A stretch of 36,506 nt of DNA from a virus (taxonomy: Duplodnaviria; Heunggongvirae; Uroviricota; Caudoviricetes), in the IMG/VR virus record IMGVR_UViG_2534681651_000007, positions 1 to 36,506 of that record; one strand, written 5' to 3'. Both the position numbers and the translations under genes were made by a program. Under the pieces are notes generated by a model. The model searched no databases. It was not told the origin of the DNA and saw only the letters and a program-made list of their open reading frames with translations. Of the stretch, positions 1-7,581 are shown piece by piece (position 1 is the first letter of the stretch; each line of letters starts with the position of its first letter).

Positions 1-1284
1 TTACTTCTTCGCCTCTGCAACCACTTTGCTACCCACGCCGCGGTTATTGTATTCCCACATGCGGTTGTAGTTAGTGTCATTCAGATTACGCTGTACTTCG
101 TCGTTATCATCAACGCTGCCGGTGTTACCCGCAAACGGACGATTGGAAATCACCGCATCGGCCCACGGTTTCGCCGTGTTAAAACCTTCGTTGATGGCAC
201 TATCACGGATCACCACCTGACCGTTGGTATTAGCATCAACATCCAGCGAGCGGCCCAGTTGCGCCACGCCATCACCGGAAGCATTGAAACGGCTGTTTAC
301 GGCGAGGAAACCGTAATAGATGTTAGACAGCGTAGCCGGTGCAAACACATACGCTTCTTGCTGAGTACGTGAGTTCACCACGCGGAATTCGGTATTATCG
401 AACACCACTGCGCCGCGACCAGAAACGATATCCACATCCCCTTCAATGTAACTGTTGGTCACCAGAGTACGCGGCTGACGGTTGGTTTCCAGACGGTTTT
501 GCACACCACTGTTGGTGACAAAGAAGGTATTCTGACGACCGAGAATGTTGACGTTATTGATCTGCACTTTGTCGCCATCAGTACGCAGTGCCACCGCCGG
601 ATGGTTACCCGCATCTACGCTATCGCCCAGCGTGTTTTCGATGGTCAGGTTTTGCAGTTGCAGGCCATTGTTTTGTGACCAGAAGACCGCAGAGCAGAGA
701 ACGCCGATACTGTCGCTGCGTTTGCTCTGGCAGCTATCGTACATATACCACGCTGGTTTACCTGGCATATATTTGCCGCGCGGGTTGACGTCGTGACGCC
801 AGTCGGCAGGGCTCATGCCCCCATCAAGGGAAAGCCCAATCTTCACATCAATCGGTTTTTCACCTGTACCGTACAGAGTAATTCCACCCGGAGCGGCAGG
901 GACATACACCGTTCCCTGATACTCACCAGGCATCACGGCAATATACTGGCGCTTGTTGGTGCGCTTGATAATTGCCGCATCTACCGCCGCCTGAATCGTG
1001 GTATGCGTTACACCTTGAGTACCCGCCGGGCCGACAACAAAGTCAGGTTGCGCAGGCAGGGTAATCGGGGAAGGATTCCACGCTGCCGCACCTGGTGTCA
1101 GGGATGCAAAATAGTGTTGAGCATCGAAATTCTGCGCTTCTTTTGCCGACAGAATCGGGCGAGAAGAGGTACCAGGCGCGGTTTGATCAGAAGGACGTTG
1201 ATCGGGCGGTGTTGAGCTACAGGCGGTCAGCGTCACGCCAAAAGCCAATGCCAGCGCCAGACGGGAAACTGAAAATGTGTTCAC
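1..1284 (-). CDS. ybhC: Host outer-membrane lipoprotein YbhC (pectinesterase-like), the gene flanking the lambda attachment site
   Basis: Complete 427-aa ORF with lipoprotein signal (…GVTLTACSS); N-terminus matches recalled E. coli YbhC; lambda att core lies 47 bp beyond its start codon. Confidence 0.85.
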   Translation of the reverse strand: MNTFSVSRLALALAFGVTLTACSSTPPDQRPSDQTAPGTSSRPILSAKEAQNFDAQHYFASLTPGAAAWNPSPITLPAQPDFVVGPAGTQGVTHTTIQAAVDAAIIKRTNKRQYIAVMPGEYQGTVYVPAAPGGITLYGTGEKPIDVKIGLSLDGGMSPADWRHDVNPRGKYMPGKPAWYMYDSCQSKRSDSIGVLCSAVFWSQNNGLQLQNLTIENTLGDSVDAGNHPAVALRTDGDKVQINNVNILGRQNTFFVTNSGVQNRLETNRQPRTLVTNSYIEGDVDIVSGRGAVVFDNTEFRVVNSRTQQEAYVFAPATLSNIYYGFLAVNSRFNASGDGVAQLGRSLDVDANTNGQVVIRDSAINEGFNTAKPWADAVISNRPFAGNTGSVDDNDEVQRNLNDTNYNRMWEYNNRGVGSKVVAEAKK

Positions 1285-1330
1285 AGGTTGCTCCGGGCTA
1301 TGAAATAGAAAAATGAATCCGTTGAAGCCT

Positions 1331-1418
1331 GCTTTTTTATACTAAGTTGGCCTTATAAAAAAGCATTGCTTATCAATTTGTTGCAACGAACAGGTCACTA
1401 TCAGTCAAAATAAAATCA
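1331..1418. other. attL: attL: 15-bp lambda core GCTTTTTTATACTAA (1331-1345) followed by the lambda P' arm with arm-type Int sites (e.g. AGGTCACTAT at 1392-1401)
   Basis: Exact core sequence read directly; flanking sequence ...AGTTGGCCTTATAAAAAAGCATTGCTTATCAATTTGTTGCAACGAACAGGTCACTATCAGTCAAAATAAAATCATTATTTG matches the recalled lambda P' arm; host ybhC on the other side. Confidence 0.9.
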
Positions 1419-2489
1419 TTATTTGATTTCAATTTTGTCCCACTCCCTGCCTCTGTCATCACGATACTGTGATGCCATGGTGTCCGACTTATGCCCGAGA
1501 AGATGTTGAGCAAACTTATCGCTTATCTGCTTCTCATAGAGTCTTGCAGACAAACTGCGCAACTCGTGAAAGGTAGGCGGATCCCCTTCGAAGGAAAGAC
1601 CTGATGCTTTTCGTGCGCGCATAAAATACCTTGATACTGTGCCGGATGAAAGCGGTTCACGACGAGTAGATGCAATTATGGTTTCTCCGCCAAGAATCTC
1701 TTTGCATTTATCAAGTGTTTCCTTCATTGATATCCCGAGAGCATCAACATGCAATGTTGTAGGGATGGCAATTTTTACGCCTGTTTTGCTTTGCTCGACA
1801 TAAAGATATCCATCTACGATATCAGACCACTTCATTTCGCATAAATCACCAACTCGCTGCCCGGTAACAACAGCCAGTTCCATTGCAAGTCTGAGCCAAC
1901 ATGGTGATGATTCTGCTGCTTGATAAATTTTCAGGTATTCGTCAGCCGTAAGTCTTGATCTCCTTACCTCTGATTTTGCAGCGCGAGTGGCAGCGACCGG
2001 GTTTATTGTTATATGGCCTTCAGCTATTGCCTCTCGGAATGCATCGCTCAGTGTTGATCTGATTAACTTGGCTGACGCCGCCTTGCCCTCGTCTATGTAT
2101 CCATTGAGCATTGCCGCAATTTCTTTTGTGGTGATGTCTTCAAGTGGAGCATCAGGCAGCCCCCTCCTTATTGCTTTAATTTTGCTCATGTAATTTATGA
2201 GTGTCTTCTGCTTGATTCCTCTGCTGGCGAGGATTTTTTCGTAGCGATCAAGCCATGAATGTAACGTAACAGAATTATCACTGTTGATTCTCGCTGTCAG
2301 AGGCTTGTGTTTGTGTCCTGAAAATAACTCAATGTTGGCCTGTATTGCTTCAGTGATTGCTATCCTCCTGTCTCGGCCTAATCCAAACTCTTTACCCGTC
2401 CTTGGGTCCCTGTAGCAGTAATATCCATTGTTTCTTATATAAAGATTAGGGGGTAAATCCCGGCGCTCATGACTTCGCCTTCTTCCCAT
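1419..2489 (-). CDS. int: Tyrosine integrase, lambda Int type
   Basis: 356-aa ORF beginning MGRRRSHERRDLPPNLYIRNNGYYCYRDPRTGKEFGLGRDRR, ending ...RDDRGREWDKIEIK, as recalled for lambda Int; adjacent to att P' arm. Confidence 0.97.
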   Translation of the reverse strand: MGRRRSHERRDLPPNLYIRNNGYYCYRDPRTGKEFGLGRDRRIAITEAIQANIELFSGHKHKPLTARINSDNSVTLHSWLDRYEKILASRGIKQKTLINYMSKIKAIRRGLPDAPLEDITTKEIAAMLNGYIDEGKAASAKLIRSTLSDAFREAIAEGHITINPVAATRAAKSEVRRSRLTADEYLKIYQAAESSPCWLRLAMELAVVTGQRVGDLCEMKWSDIVDGYLYVEQSKTGVKIAIPTTLHVDALGISMKETLDKCKEILGGETIIASTRREPLSSGTVSRYFMRARKASGLSFEGDPPTFHELRSLSARLYEKQISDKFAQHLLGHKSDTMASQYRDDRGREWDKIEIK

Positions 2490-2685
2490 TTTTGATCCTC
2501 TTCAAAAGGCTACCTGTTACTGGTCGATTTAAGTCAACCTTTACCGCTGATTCGTGGAACAAATACTCTCTTCCGTCCTTAACCGGTGGTGGGAATATCC
2601 TGCACTCGCGTACCCATCGACGAACTGTTTCAAGGCTTCTTGGGCGTCGCTGGCGTGCGTTCCACTCCTGAAGTGTCAAGTACAT
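2467..2685 (-). CDS. xis: Excisionase, lambda Xis type
   Basis: 72-aa ORF MYLTLQEWNARQRRPRSLETVRRWVRECRIFPPPVKDGREYLFHESAVKVDLNRP...; overlaps int start by 23 nt as in lambda. Confidence 0.95.
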   Translation of the reverse strand: MYLTLQEWNARQRRPRSLETVRRWVRECRIFPPPVKDGREYLFHESAVKVDLNRPVTGSLLKRIKNGKKAKS

Positions 2686-2711
2686 CGCAAAGTCTCCGCA
2701 ATTACACGCAA

Positions 2712-2732
2712 GAAAAAACCGCCATCAGGCGG
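2712..2732 (-). terminator. Hairpin (CCGCC-ATCA-GGCGG) followed by T6 on the minus strand, overlapping the stop of the 55-aa ORF
   Basis: Inverted repeat plus T-run read directly; minus-strand RNA would be CCGCCUGAUGGCGG UUUUUU. Confidence 0.5.
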
Positions 2733-2892
2733 CTTGGTGTTCTTTCAGTTCTTCAATTCGAATATTGGTTACGTCTGCATGTGCTATCTGCGCCCATATC
2801 ATCCAGTGGTCATAGCAGTCATTGATGTTCTCTGCTTCGATAACTCTGTTGAATGGTTCTCCATTCCATTCACCTGTGACTCGGAAGTGCAT
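2725..2892 (-). CDS. Small hypothetical protein (55 aa) just upstream of xis: MHFRVTGEWNGEPFNRVIEAENINDCYDHWMIWAQIAHADVTNIRIEELKEHQAA
   Basis: ATG-initiated ORF I translated manually (below the 60-aa track cutoff); co-oriented with xis/int; sequence feels familiar from lambdoid prophages but function unknown. Confidence 0.6.
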   Translation of the reverse strand: MHFRVTGEWNGEPFNRVIEAENINDCYDHWMIWAQIAHADVTNIRIEELKEHQAA

Positions 2893-2902
2893 TTATCATC
2901 TC

Positions 2903-2930
2903 CATAAAACAAAACTCGCCGTAGCGAGTT
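2903..2930 (-). terminator. Hairpin AACTCGC-CGTA-GCGAGTT followed by a T-rich run on the minus strand
   Basis: Inverted repeat read directly; minus strand reads ...AACTCGCTACGGCGAGTT TTGTTTTAT. Confidence 0.45.
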
Positions 2931-3090
2931 CAGATATAATTTCCACCAAAGGCAGTAGTTGCTTGATGCTAAGAATTATTCAATATCTATTCCTGTAATA
3001 TCTTTTATCTTTTTCCTTGCAATGAAGTGGTCAACAAAAACTGGCCACCGAGTTAGAGTTTTTCCAGTTGTCGCGTATATCAGATGCAAG

Positions 3091-3546
3091 CTACTGTTCG
3101 GATTTTGAGTTACATTTCTGTGCAAACATCTCCACCCCCTGCGCCCGTACTTCAGCCAGGCATTTGCGGAACTCGGAAACGTACTGCTCAACGCTCATTC
3201 CCCAGCTAAGTGGGCATTCGTTGAATGTTTCGCCTTCGTGTTCTTCATCAGGTAGCTCTTTGGCAAAGAACTCACGCTCAATGGCGTGGAGTGTGTCAGC
3301 AAAACGGCGTAAATTACTCAAACCTACCGCAATGGAGAATTCAGGAGCATCACATCCGACGCCCATCTGCTGATATACGGTGGTTTTGAAGGCCTTAAGC
3401 CCAGCATTTTCAGCCGCCAGAGCCTCGCATTTAGCTTCAAGTTCACCGAATTTACGGACAAGATATTCAGCGTTTGTTTCGTTAACCTTTAAATCACGTG
3501 GTATGCATTTACCTTTCAGAAAACCATCCATCTCAATTAGTGTCAT
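3091..3546 (-). CDS. Hypothetical early-left protein (about 151 aa from the ATG at 3546; the track ORF extends to a GTG at 3573)
   Basis: Long ORF in early-left orientation; the ATG at 3546 overlaps the TGA of the upstream 57-aa ORF (ATGA coupling). No recognised motif. Confidence 0.7.
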   Translation of the reverse strand: MTLIEMDGFLKGKCIPRDLKVNETNAEYLVRKFGELEAKCEALAAENAGLKAFKTTVYQQMGVGCDAPEFSIAVGLSNLRRFADTLHAIEREFFAKELPDEEHEGETFNECPLSWGMSVEQYVSEFRKCLAEVRAQGVEMFAQKCNSKSEQ

Positions 3547-3716
3547 TTGCTTAATTTCTTCCCACTCCGCCACATCGCATTCAGGTATTTGTTTTGATTC
3601 ACTGATGGAAAAGAATTTCTCTTAAGCAATTCCTCTCTCGATGGTATTGGCTTTACGCGTTGGCGAATAATCATTTCTGCCGGAAGAATGCCGGGATTGT
3701 ATGCAAGCCCTCTCAT
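3543..3716 (-). CDS. Small hypothetical protein (57 aa, [36 protein letters not shown]...)
   Basis: Manually translated; start ATG overlaps stop of the upstream gene (ATGA) and its stop overlaps the ATG of the downstream gene, forming a coupled chain. Basic protein. Confidence 0.45.
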   Translation of the reverse strand: MRGLAYNPGILPAEMIIRQRVKPIPSREELLKRNSFPSVNQNKYLNAMWRSGKKLSK

Positions 3717-4003
3717 GATTTACTCTCCACGAACTGGTCAATAGCCATGCTAAGTGACACACCCAAAGTCTCGATATTCTGCTGAATATCCTGTAGCGTC
3801 TGCGCCTGAGATAACAGAATTTCACGGTTGCATAACTCTTTAACCAGATGCTCAAACTTGCTGTAATAACCGATACGGCTTAGTGTTTCTTTCCCTGCAT
3901 TCTCGCCTTCTTTGATAATTCCTCTTTCACTAAGAATCAGGTCGTGTTTGGTTCCGGTAATAACGTATTTGCCTAGGTCGATGTTTAGCTTCATTGTTTT
4001 CAT
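3713..4003 (-). CDS. Hypothetical protein (96 aa, [38 protein letters not shown]...)
   Basis: ORF with GAGGAA Shine-Dalgarno 6 nt upstream of the ATG at 4003; the track's longer 146-aa version starts at an upstream codon inside the preceding gene. Confidence 0.75.
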   Translation of the reverse strand: MKTMKLNIDLGKYVITGTKHDLILSERGIIKEGENAGKETLSRIGYYSKFEHLVKELCNREILLSQAQTLQDIQQNIETLGVSLSMAIDQFVESKS

Positions 4004-4013
4004 TGTTAATTCC

Positions 4014-4307
4014 TCAGTCATTACTGATAGCGCCATAGCGTGAGCGGTAATTACGCAGGCGCGGGTCAATTTCAGGGAAGTGGGTATATGTGGCTTTGCG
4101 GAATGGTCGGATTGATGTCTGGTAAATTCGCTCGCGCTCTTCTTTCTCTGCAAGCCATATGCAGTGGCGAAATTCCTTTTCCTCTTTTGTTTCCTGCGGT
4201 AGCGACATTATCCGGTCGTAGTTTTTTCTGAATTTATCCAGCACCTCCGATACGGAATTGCCGGAACAGCGGCGCACGTCGTCCGCACCATACAGAGGCG
4301 CTGGCAT
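4014..4307 (-). CDS. Hypothetical protein (97 aa)
   Basis: ORF with AGGAG Shine-Dalgarno 6 nt upstream of the ATG; packed between ssb and the next gene. Confidence 0.75.
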   Translation of the reverse strand: MPAPLYGADDVRRCSGNSVSEVLDKFRKNYDRIMSLPQETKEEKEFRHCIWLAEKEERERIYQTSIRPFRKATYTHFPEIDPRLRNYRSRYGAISND

Positions 4308-4320
4308 GATTTTCTCCTGA

Positions 4321-4836
4321 TTAAATTGCGTGAATAGCGTGACGAGGGAAGGGGAGAGTTACTGGCGCAAATGGTATATCGTCGTCAAACTCCATAGGTG
4401 GTTCGCTGTGATTTCCCTGCTGCTGAGGTTGCTGTCTTTGTTGCTGACCGTTATTTCGCTGAGGTGAAGACTGTTCATTGCCTCCTTGCTTGCCACCAAG
4501 CATTTGCATGGTTCCACCAACGCCCACGATGATTTCGGTTGTGAACCGCTCCTGTCCGCTTTGATCCTGCCATTTTCTTGTCCGCAATTTGCCTTCAAGA
4601 TAAACCTCTGAGCCTTTTCGCAGATACTCGCTGGCAATTTCTGCCAGTTTCCCGCTCATTACCACACGGTGCCACTCCGTCTGCTCCTTTTGCTCTCCAG
4701 TTTGCTTATCACGCCATTGTTCTGACGTAGCAACTGTAAGGTTTGCAAATGCCGTTCCTGATGGTGAATATCTGATTTCTGGATCGTGACCAAGGCGACC
4801 AATAATGATCACCTTATTTACGCCTCTGCTTGCCAT
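4321..4836 (-). CDS. ssb: Single-stranded DNA-binding protein (phage SSB) with atypical C-terminal extension
   Basis: N-terminus [27 protein letters not shown]...EQTEWHRVV...[24 protein letters not shown] matches the SSB OB-fold consensus; Gly/Gln-rich linker; acidic tip [11 protein letters not shown] present but followed by 15 more residues. Confidence 0.93.
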   Translation of the reverse strand: MASRGVNKVIIIGRLGHDPEIRYSPSGTAFANLTVATSEQWRDKQTGEQKEQTEWHRVVMSGKLAEIASEYLRKGSEVYLEGKLRTRKWQDQSGQERFTTEIIVGVGGTMQMLGGKQGGNEQSSPQRNNGQQQRQQPQQQGNHSEPPMEFDDDIPFAPVTLPFPRHAIHAI

Positions 4837-5544
4837 TTATGCCGCCTGTTTTAGTTCGTTAACTCTGATGTTCATTACCTGAACGCATTTAGCCTGCGCA
4901 TCCTCATTGCCAGCCATTAATTGCCAGTCATGCTGATAACGCTCGATGAGTTTTTTCTTGTCAGTTTCTGTTGATGCATAATCGCTGAAGTCTTTCAGGA
5001 TTTGTTCGCAGTCAACCGATGGAGATTTCTGGTTGGTATTTTCTGGTGATGGTTTGTTATCTGATGCTGGGATTGCCCATACCGGCAGCGATGGAGGGAG
5101 CCAGTAAAATCCTGTTCCATCCTTCAGTTTTGCCCTGTGCCACCCCTGCTTTTTATCGAGAGATGTTTGTGCGAAACCTTCCTCAAGGTTATACAGATAC
5201 CGACCGATTCCCCACTGAACGGCAGCGCGCTTCATTGCGCCAGAACGACCGCCTTTGACGGCTTCTACTTGCGTGTTTTCAGCAGCATCCCATTTGGTTA
5301 CCCATTCGGAATCAATCTTGATTGATATGCCGCATTCAACTCCGCCGTTGTTGGGAATATCGCGGTATTCATTGCGCCATCCTGCTTTGCCGCAAACATC
5401 GTCCAGGCGTTTCATGATTGCCCTGTTCGTGACATAAGCCAGCACCATAGCCCACACTTTTCCATCGCGTGTTTTACCGCTTTGCTGTATTCGCCATTCG
5501 ATATCTTCAGGGCTGAACGGTTCATCGAATTTATTCAAATCCAT
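4837..5544 (-). CDS. Rad52/Sak-like single-strand annealing recombination protein
   Basis: 235-aa ORF abutting ssb (stop/start adjacent); N-terminal region (...WAMVLAYVTNRAIMKRLDDVCGKAGWRNEY...) resembles the Rad52/Rad22 annealing-protein family as I recall it; occupies the slot of lambda bet/exo. Confidence 0.6.
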   Translation of the reverse strand: MDLNKFDEPFSPEDIEWRIQQSGKTRDGKVWAMVLAYVTNRAIMKRLDDVCGKAGWRNEYRDIPNNGGVECGISIKIDSEWVTKWDAAENTQVEAVKGGRSGAMKRAAVQWGIGRYLYNLEEGFAQTSLDKKQGWHRAKLKDGTGFYWLPPSLPVWAIPASDNKPSPENTNQKSPSVDCEQILKDFSDYASTETDKKKLIERYQHDWQLMAGNEDAQAKCVQVMNIRVNELKQAA

Positions 5545-5643
5545 AATTCACCTCAGAATGGACACGGCCCAAGGAAATAACGTTGATTTAATACTTCTAC
5601 TCGGGACAAATTAAGGCATACCCGCATTCCTTCGCGGTCACCA

Positions 5644-5802
5644 TTATGGCGATACCAGAGAGCTTTCTGCGTGTACATGCGTCTCTGTAACTTGCTCTCC
5701 TTCACTGTGGTTGCAAGTGACATGAATATCTCCTTCGTTACCGATTAAATCTTTCATCTGACGAATGAATTCTTCGTCTGACCAGTTATCTGTAAAACTC
5801 AT
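5644..5802 (-). CDS. Small hypothetical protein (52 aa, MSFTDNWSDEEFIRQMKDLIGNEGDIHV...)
   Basis: Manually translated ORF whose ATG overlaps the kil stop (ATGA). Confidence 0.4.
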   Translation of the reverse strand: MSFTDNWSDEEFIRQMKDLIGNEGDIHVTCNHSEGEQVTETHVHAESSLVSP

Positions 5803-5951
5803 TTCCTGCGATACCACGGAAGGTTGATAGCTGATTTCATCGCTTTATTTGCTTCAAGCCACATTTTTGAATCACCAATAAATCTGGCTATTACTGCTTT
5901 GTTCTGTGTAGCACGAAGCATCTGGTGATTAATGGCTATTTCATTGCGCAT
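5799..5951 (-). CDS. kil: Kil-like host cell-division inhibitor (50 aa)
   Basis: Manually translated: MRNEIAINHQMLRATQNKAVIARFIGDSKMWLEANKAMK...; the segment QNKAVIARFIGDSKMWLEA resembles recalled lambda Kil (QTKFTIATFIGDEKMFREA); overlaps cIII 3' end as in lambda. Start could instead be the internal Met at 5921. Confidence 0.6.
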   Translation of the reverse strand: MRNEIAINHQMLRATQNKAVIARFIGDSKMWLEANKAMKSAINLPWYRRK

Positions 5952-6070
5952 AACGCCTCCAGTTGTTTCTTTGCTGCTCTGATTAATTGTTTAACTCGGC
6001 GTGATAATTCAGATTCGTGCGGGTAGAAAGCGGACATGACGCCGCTACCCGCGAGCTGAAAGTGCATCAT
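5936..6070 (-). CDS. cIII: CIII-like FtsH (HflB) protease inhibitor (44 aa)
   Basis: MMHFQLAGSGVMSAFYPHESELSRRVKQLIRAAKKQLEAL... parallels recalled lambda CIII (MQYAIAGWPVAGCPSESLLERITRKLRDGWKRLIDIL...); AAGGAG Shine-Dalgarno 6 nt upstream of the ATG at 6070. Confidence 0.7.
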   Translation of the reverse strand: MMHFQLAGSGVMSAFYPHESELSRRVKQLIRAAKKQLEALCAMK

Positions 6071-6153
6071 GGGTAACTCCTTATATTTGATTGCATAACG
6101 AAAATGCCTCTCGTGAAGCATTATTGGTATGCGGTAAAGCCGCGCTCAGGCGG

Positions 6154-6402
6154 CTACTCTATTTCTTCTTCGAATGATTTTATTAGTCGGTCAATAACAT
6201 CATCCGTTTCAATATCATTTCCGTCTGATTGCTTTAATACATCTATTGATTCTGCAGCGGTAAATTCCATCGCTGTGAGAAACTCGACAATTGCACACTC
6301 AACGACATATCGTTCTTCATCTGTACGACATGAGATAAAAGAGCATTTAATTGCTGTTATTACTTTTTGTTTAAGTTCTGCAGGATAATCAGTTTTTATC
6401 AT
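6154..6402 (-). CDS. Acidic 82-aa hypothetical protein (C-terminus ...DGNDIETDDVIDRLIKSFEEEIE)
   Basis: ORF with GGAG Shine-Dalgarno; strongly net-negative composition; sits between cIII and the terminator, a slot that holds ral/ea genes in lambda. Confidence 0.75.
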   Translation of the reverse strand: MIKTDYPAELKQKVITAIKCSFISCRTDEERYVVECAIVEFLTAMEFTAAESIDVLKQSDGNDIETDDVIDRLIKSFEEEIE

Positions 6403-6413
6403 CGTTTACTCCG

Positions 6414-6443
6414 TTAAAAAAACTGCCCTCACATTGGAGGGCA
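6414..6443 (-). terminator. Rho-independent terminator (stem TGCCCTC/GAGGGCA, 6-nt loop, T7 run on the minus strand)
   Basis: Minus strand reads TGCCCTCCAATGTGAGGGCAGTTTTTTT; positionally analogous to lambda tL1. Confidence 0.7.
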
Positions 6444-6586
6444 AAGAAGATTTCCAATAATCAGAACAAGTCGGCTCCTGTTTAGTTACGAGCGACATTG
6501 CTCCGTGTATTCACTCGTTGGAATGAATACACAGTGCTGTATTTATTCTGTTATTTATGCCAAAAGTAAAGGCCGAATATTCGGCT

Positions 6587-6775
6587 TCATTCCTCAAACT
6601 TAATCTCTGCTATTTCCCGGTCACCATCGCAAAACAGGTAAGATTCATGGAACTGGTTTATAAATGAAATTATTCTTTCAATTTTAATTAGCGAATATTT
6701 CTGCTCTAATGGGTTATGCGGCTTAAACGAAGCACAGTCCAGAATCGCAGAATTGTATAAGATCCATTTGTGCAT
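6587..6775 (-). CDS. Possible small protein (62 aa from the ATG at 6775)
   Basis: AT-rich ORF; overlaps the 3' end of the upstream gene by about 50 nt; weak ribosome-binding site. Low confidence. Confidence 0.35.
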   Translation of the reverse strand: MHKWILYNSAILDCASFKPHNPLEQKYSLIKIERIISFINQFHESYLFCDGDREIAEIKFEE

Positions 6776-7580
6776 TTTTACCACCACTAGGTGTTAGTGG
6801 TGCCTCAGATAGTGGAACGCCATATTTAGTAAGCCACAAATGAGGCCACTTCATTTGTATCTCTTTTTCATGCTGACATGCTCTTTCAAAATCAGATGGG
6901 ACGTTATTTTTCATATAAAGCCACAGATCATCATCTCTGTTAGGGCACATCCAGCAAAGCGAGGCAGGTGGTGTAGGAAGACCATAATCCTCGACACATT
7001 GAATTGCCATCTGTTTAGTCATTAGCATTTCAATAAGTGGATAGCGCCTCTGCCACTTGCCAGTTGGGTATTTCGCTCTTCGTTTAGCCTCTTCAATGCT
7101 TATCCCCATCCAACTATCCACTCCTCTTGCTGTAAGATACTTCTCTCCATATCTTTCATTTAAAAATCTCTGAATAACTTCAGTTTTCCACTTTATAGAA
7201 CAAAATGCTGGTTGCTTTCCAGCGCACATTCCTTTTGAATCCCTTCCCTCGTATTCTGTGAAATATCCAGGTAGAGGAACGTCTGGATCAGGCCCATCAA
7301 TGTCGTAGGTAGCAAATCTACTTTTAGGAACAATCAGGTAATCAACACCCATATCTTCACAAATAGGAGCTATATATTTTTTCTGATATTCAAATACATT
7401 ACTTGCCTCACGTTCTGTATCTGACATAACGATAATGTCAGGCTTTGGAAGAACGCCAGCATGTACTAAGCAGATTATTGCGTTACTTTGAGTCCCACCA
7501 CCGGAAGAAATAACATTTAGTCTTTCTGGATTATGCTTGAATTCTCTTCTTGGTATGAATTTACTTGTAAATCCTGGCAT
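6723..7580 (-). CDS. PP-loop / PAPS-reductase-like family protein (285 aa), accessory gene downstream of N
   Basis: N-terminal glycine-rich motif NVISSGGGTQSNAIICL resembles (not canonically) the SGGxDS PP-loop of PAPS reductase/ATP-pyrophosphatase enzymes; several Cys pairs near the C-terminus; AAGGAG Shine-Dalgarno; lower GC than flanks. Family assignment is inference. Confidence 0.5.
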   Translation of the reverse strand: MPGFTSKFIPRREFKHNPERLNVISSGGGTQSNAIICLVHAGVLPKPDIIVMSDTEREASNVFEYQKKYIAPICEDMGVDYLIVPKSRFATYDIDGPDPDVPLPGYFTEYEGRDSKGMCAGKQPAFCSIKWKTEVIQRFLNERYGEKYLTARGVDSWMGISIEEAKRRAKYPTGKWQRRYPLIEMLMTKQMAIQCVEDYGLPTPPASLCWMCPNRDDDLWLYMKNNVPSDFERACQHEKEIQMKWPHLWLTKYGVPLSEAPLTPSGGKNAQMDLIQFCDSGLCFV

Positions 7581-7581
7581 G

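Noticed and set aside
545-1316. Several plus-strand ORFs (83, 66, 140, 73 aa) inside ybhC
   Set aside because: Antisense to a well-supported host gene; Arg/Cys-rich low-complexity translations typical of spurious antisense frames; no ribosome-binding sites.
2554-2907. Plus-strand ORFs of 117 and 79 aa overlapping xis and the 55-aa ORF
   Set aside because: Antisense to xis and to the co-oriented small ORF; no Shine-Dalgarno; the sense-strand genes explain the region.
2976-3191. 71-aa minus-strand ORF overlapping the 3' end of the 151-aa gene
   Set aside because: Begins with TTG, overlaps the neighbouring gene by about 100 nt in another frame, and has no ribosome-binding site; a short genuine ORF in the 2933-3090 gap cannot be excluded.
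3622-3855. 77-aa minus-strand ORF
   Set aside because: Out-of-frame overlap with the better-supported 96-aa gene; Arg/Trp/Cys-rich translation looks non-coding. Only its 3' portion coincides with the separately called 57-aa ORF, in a different frame.
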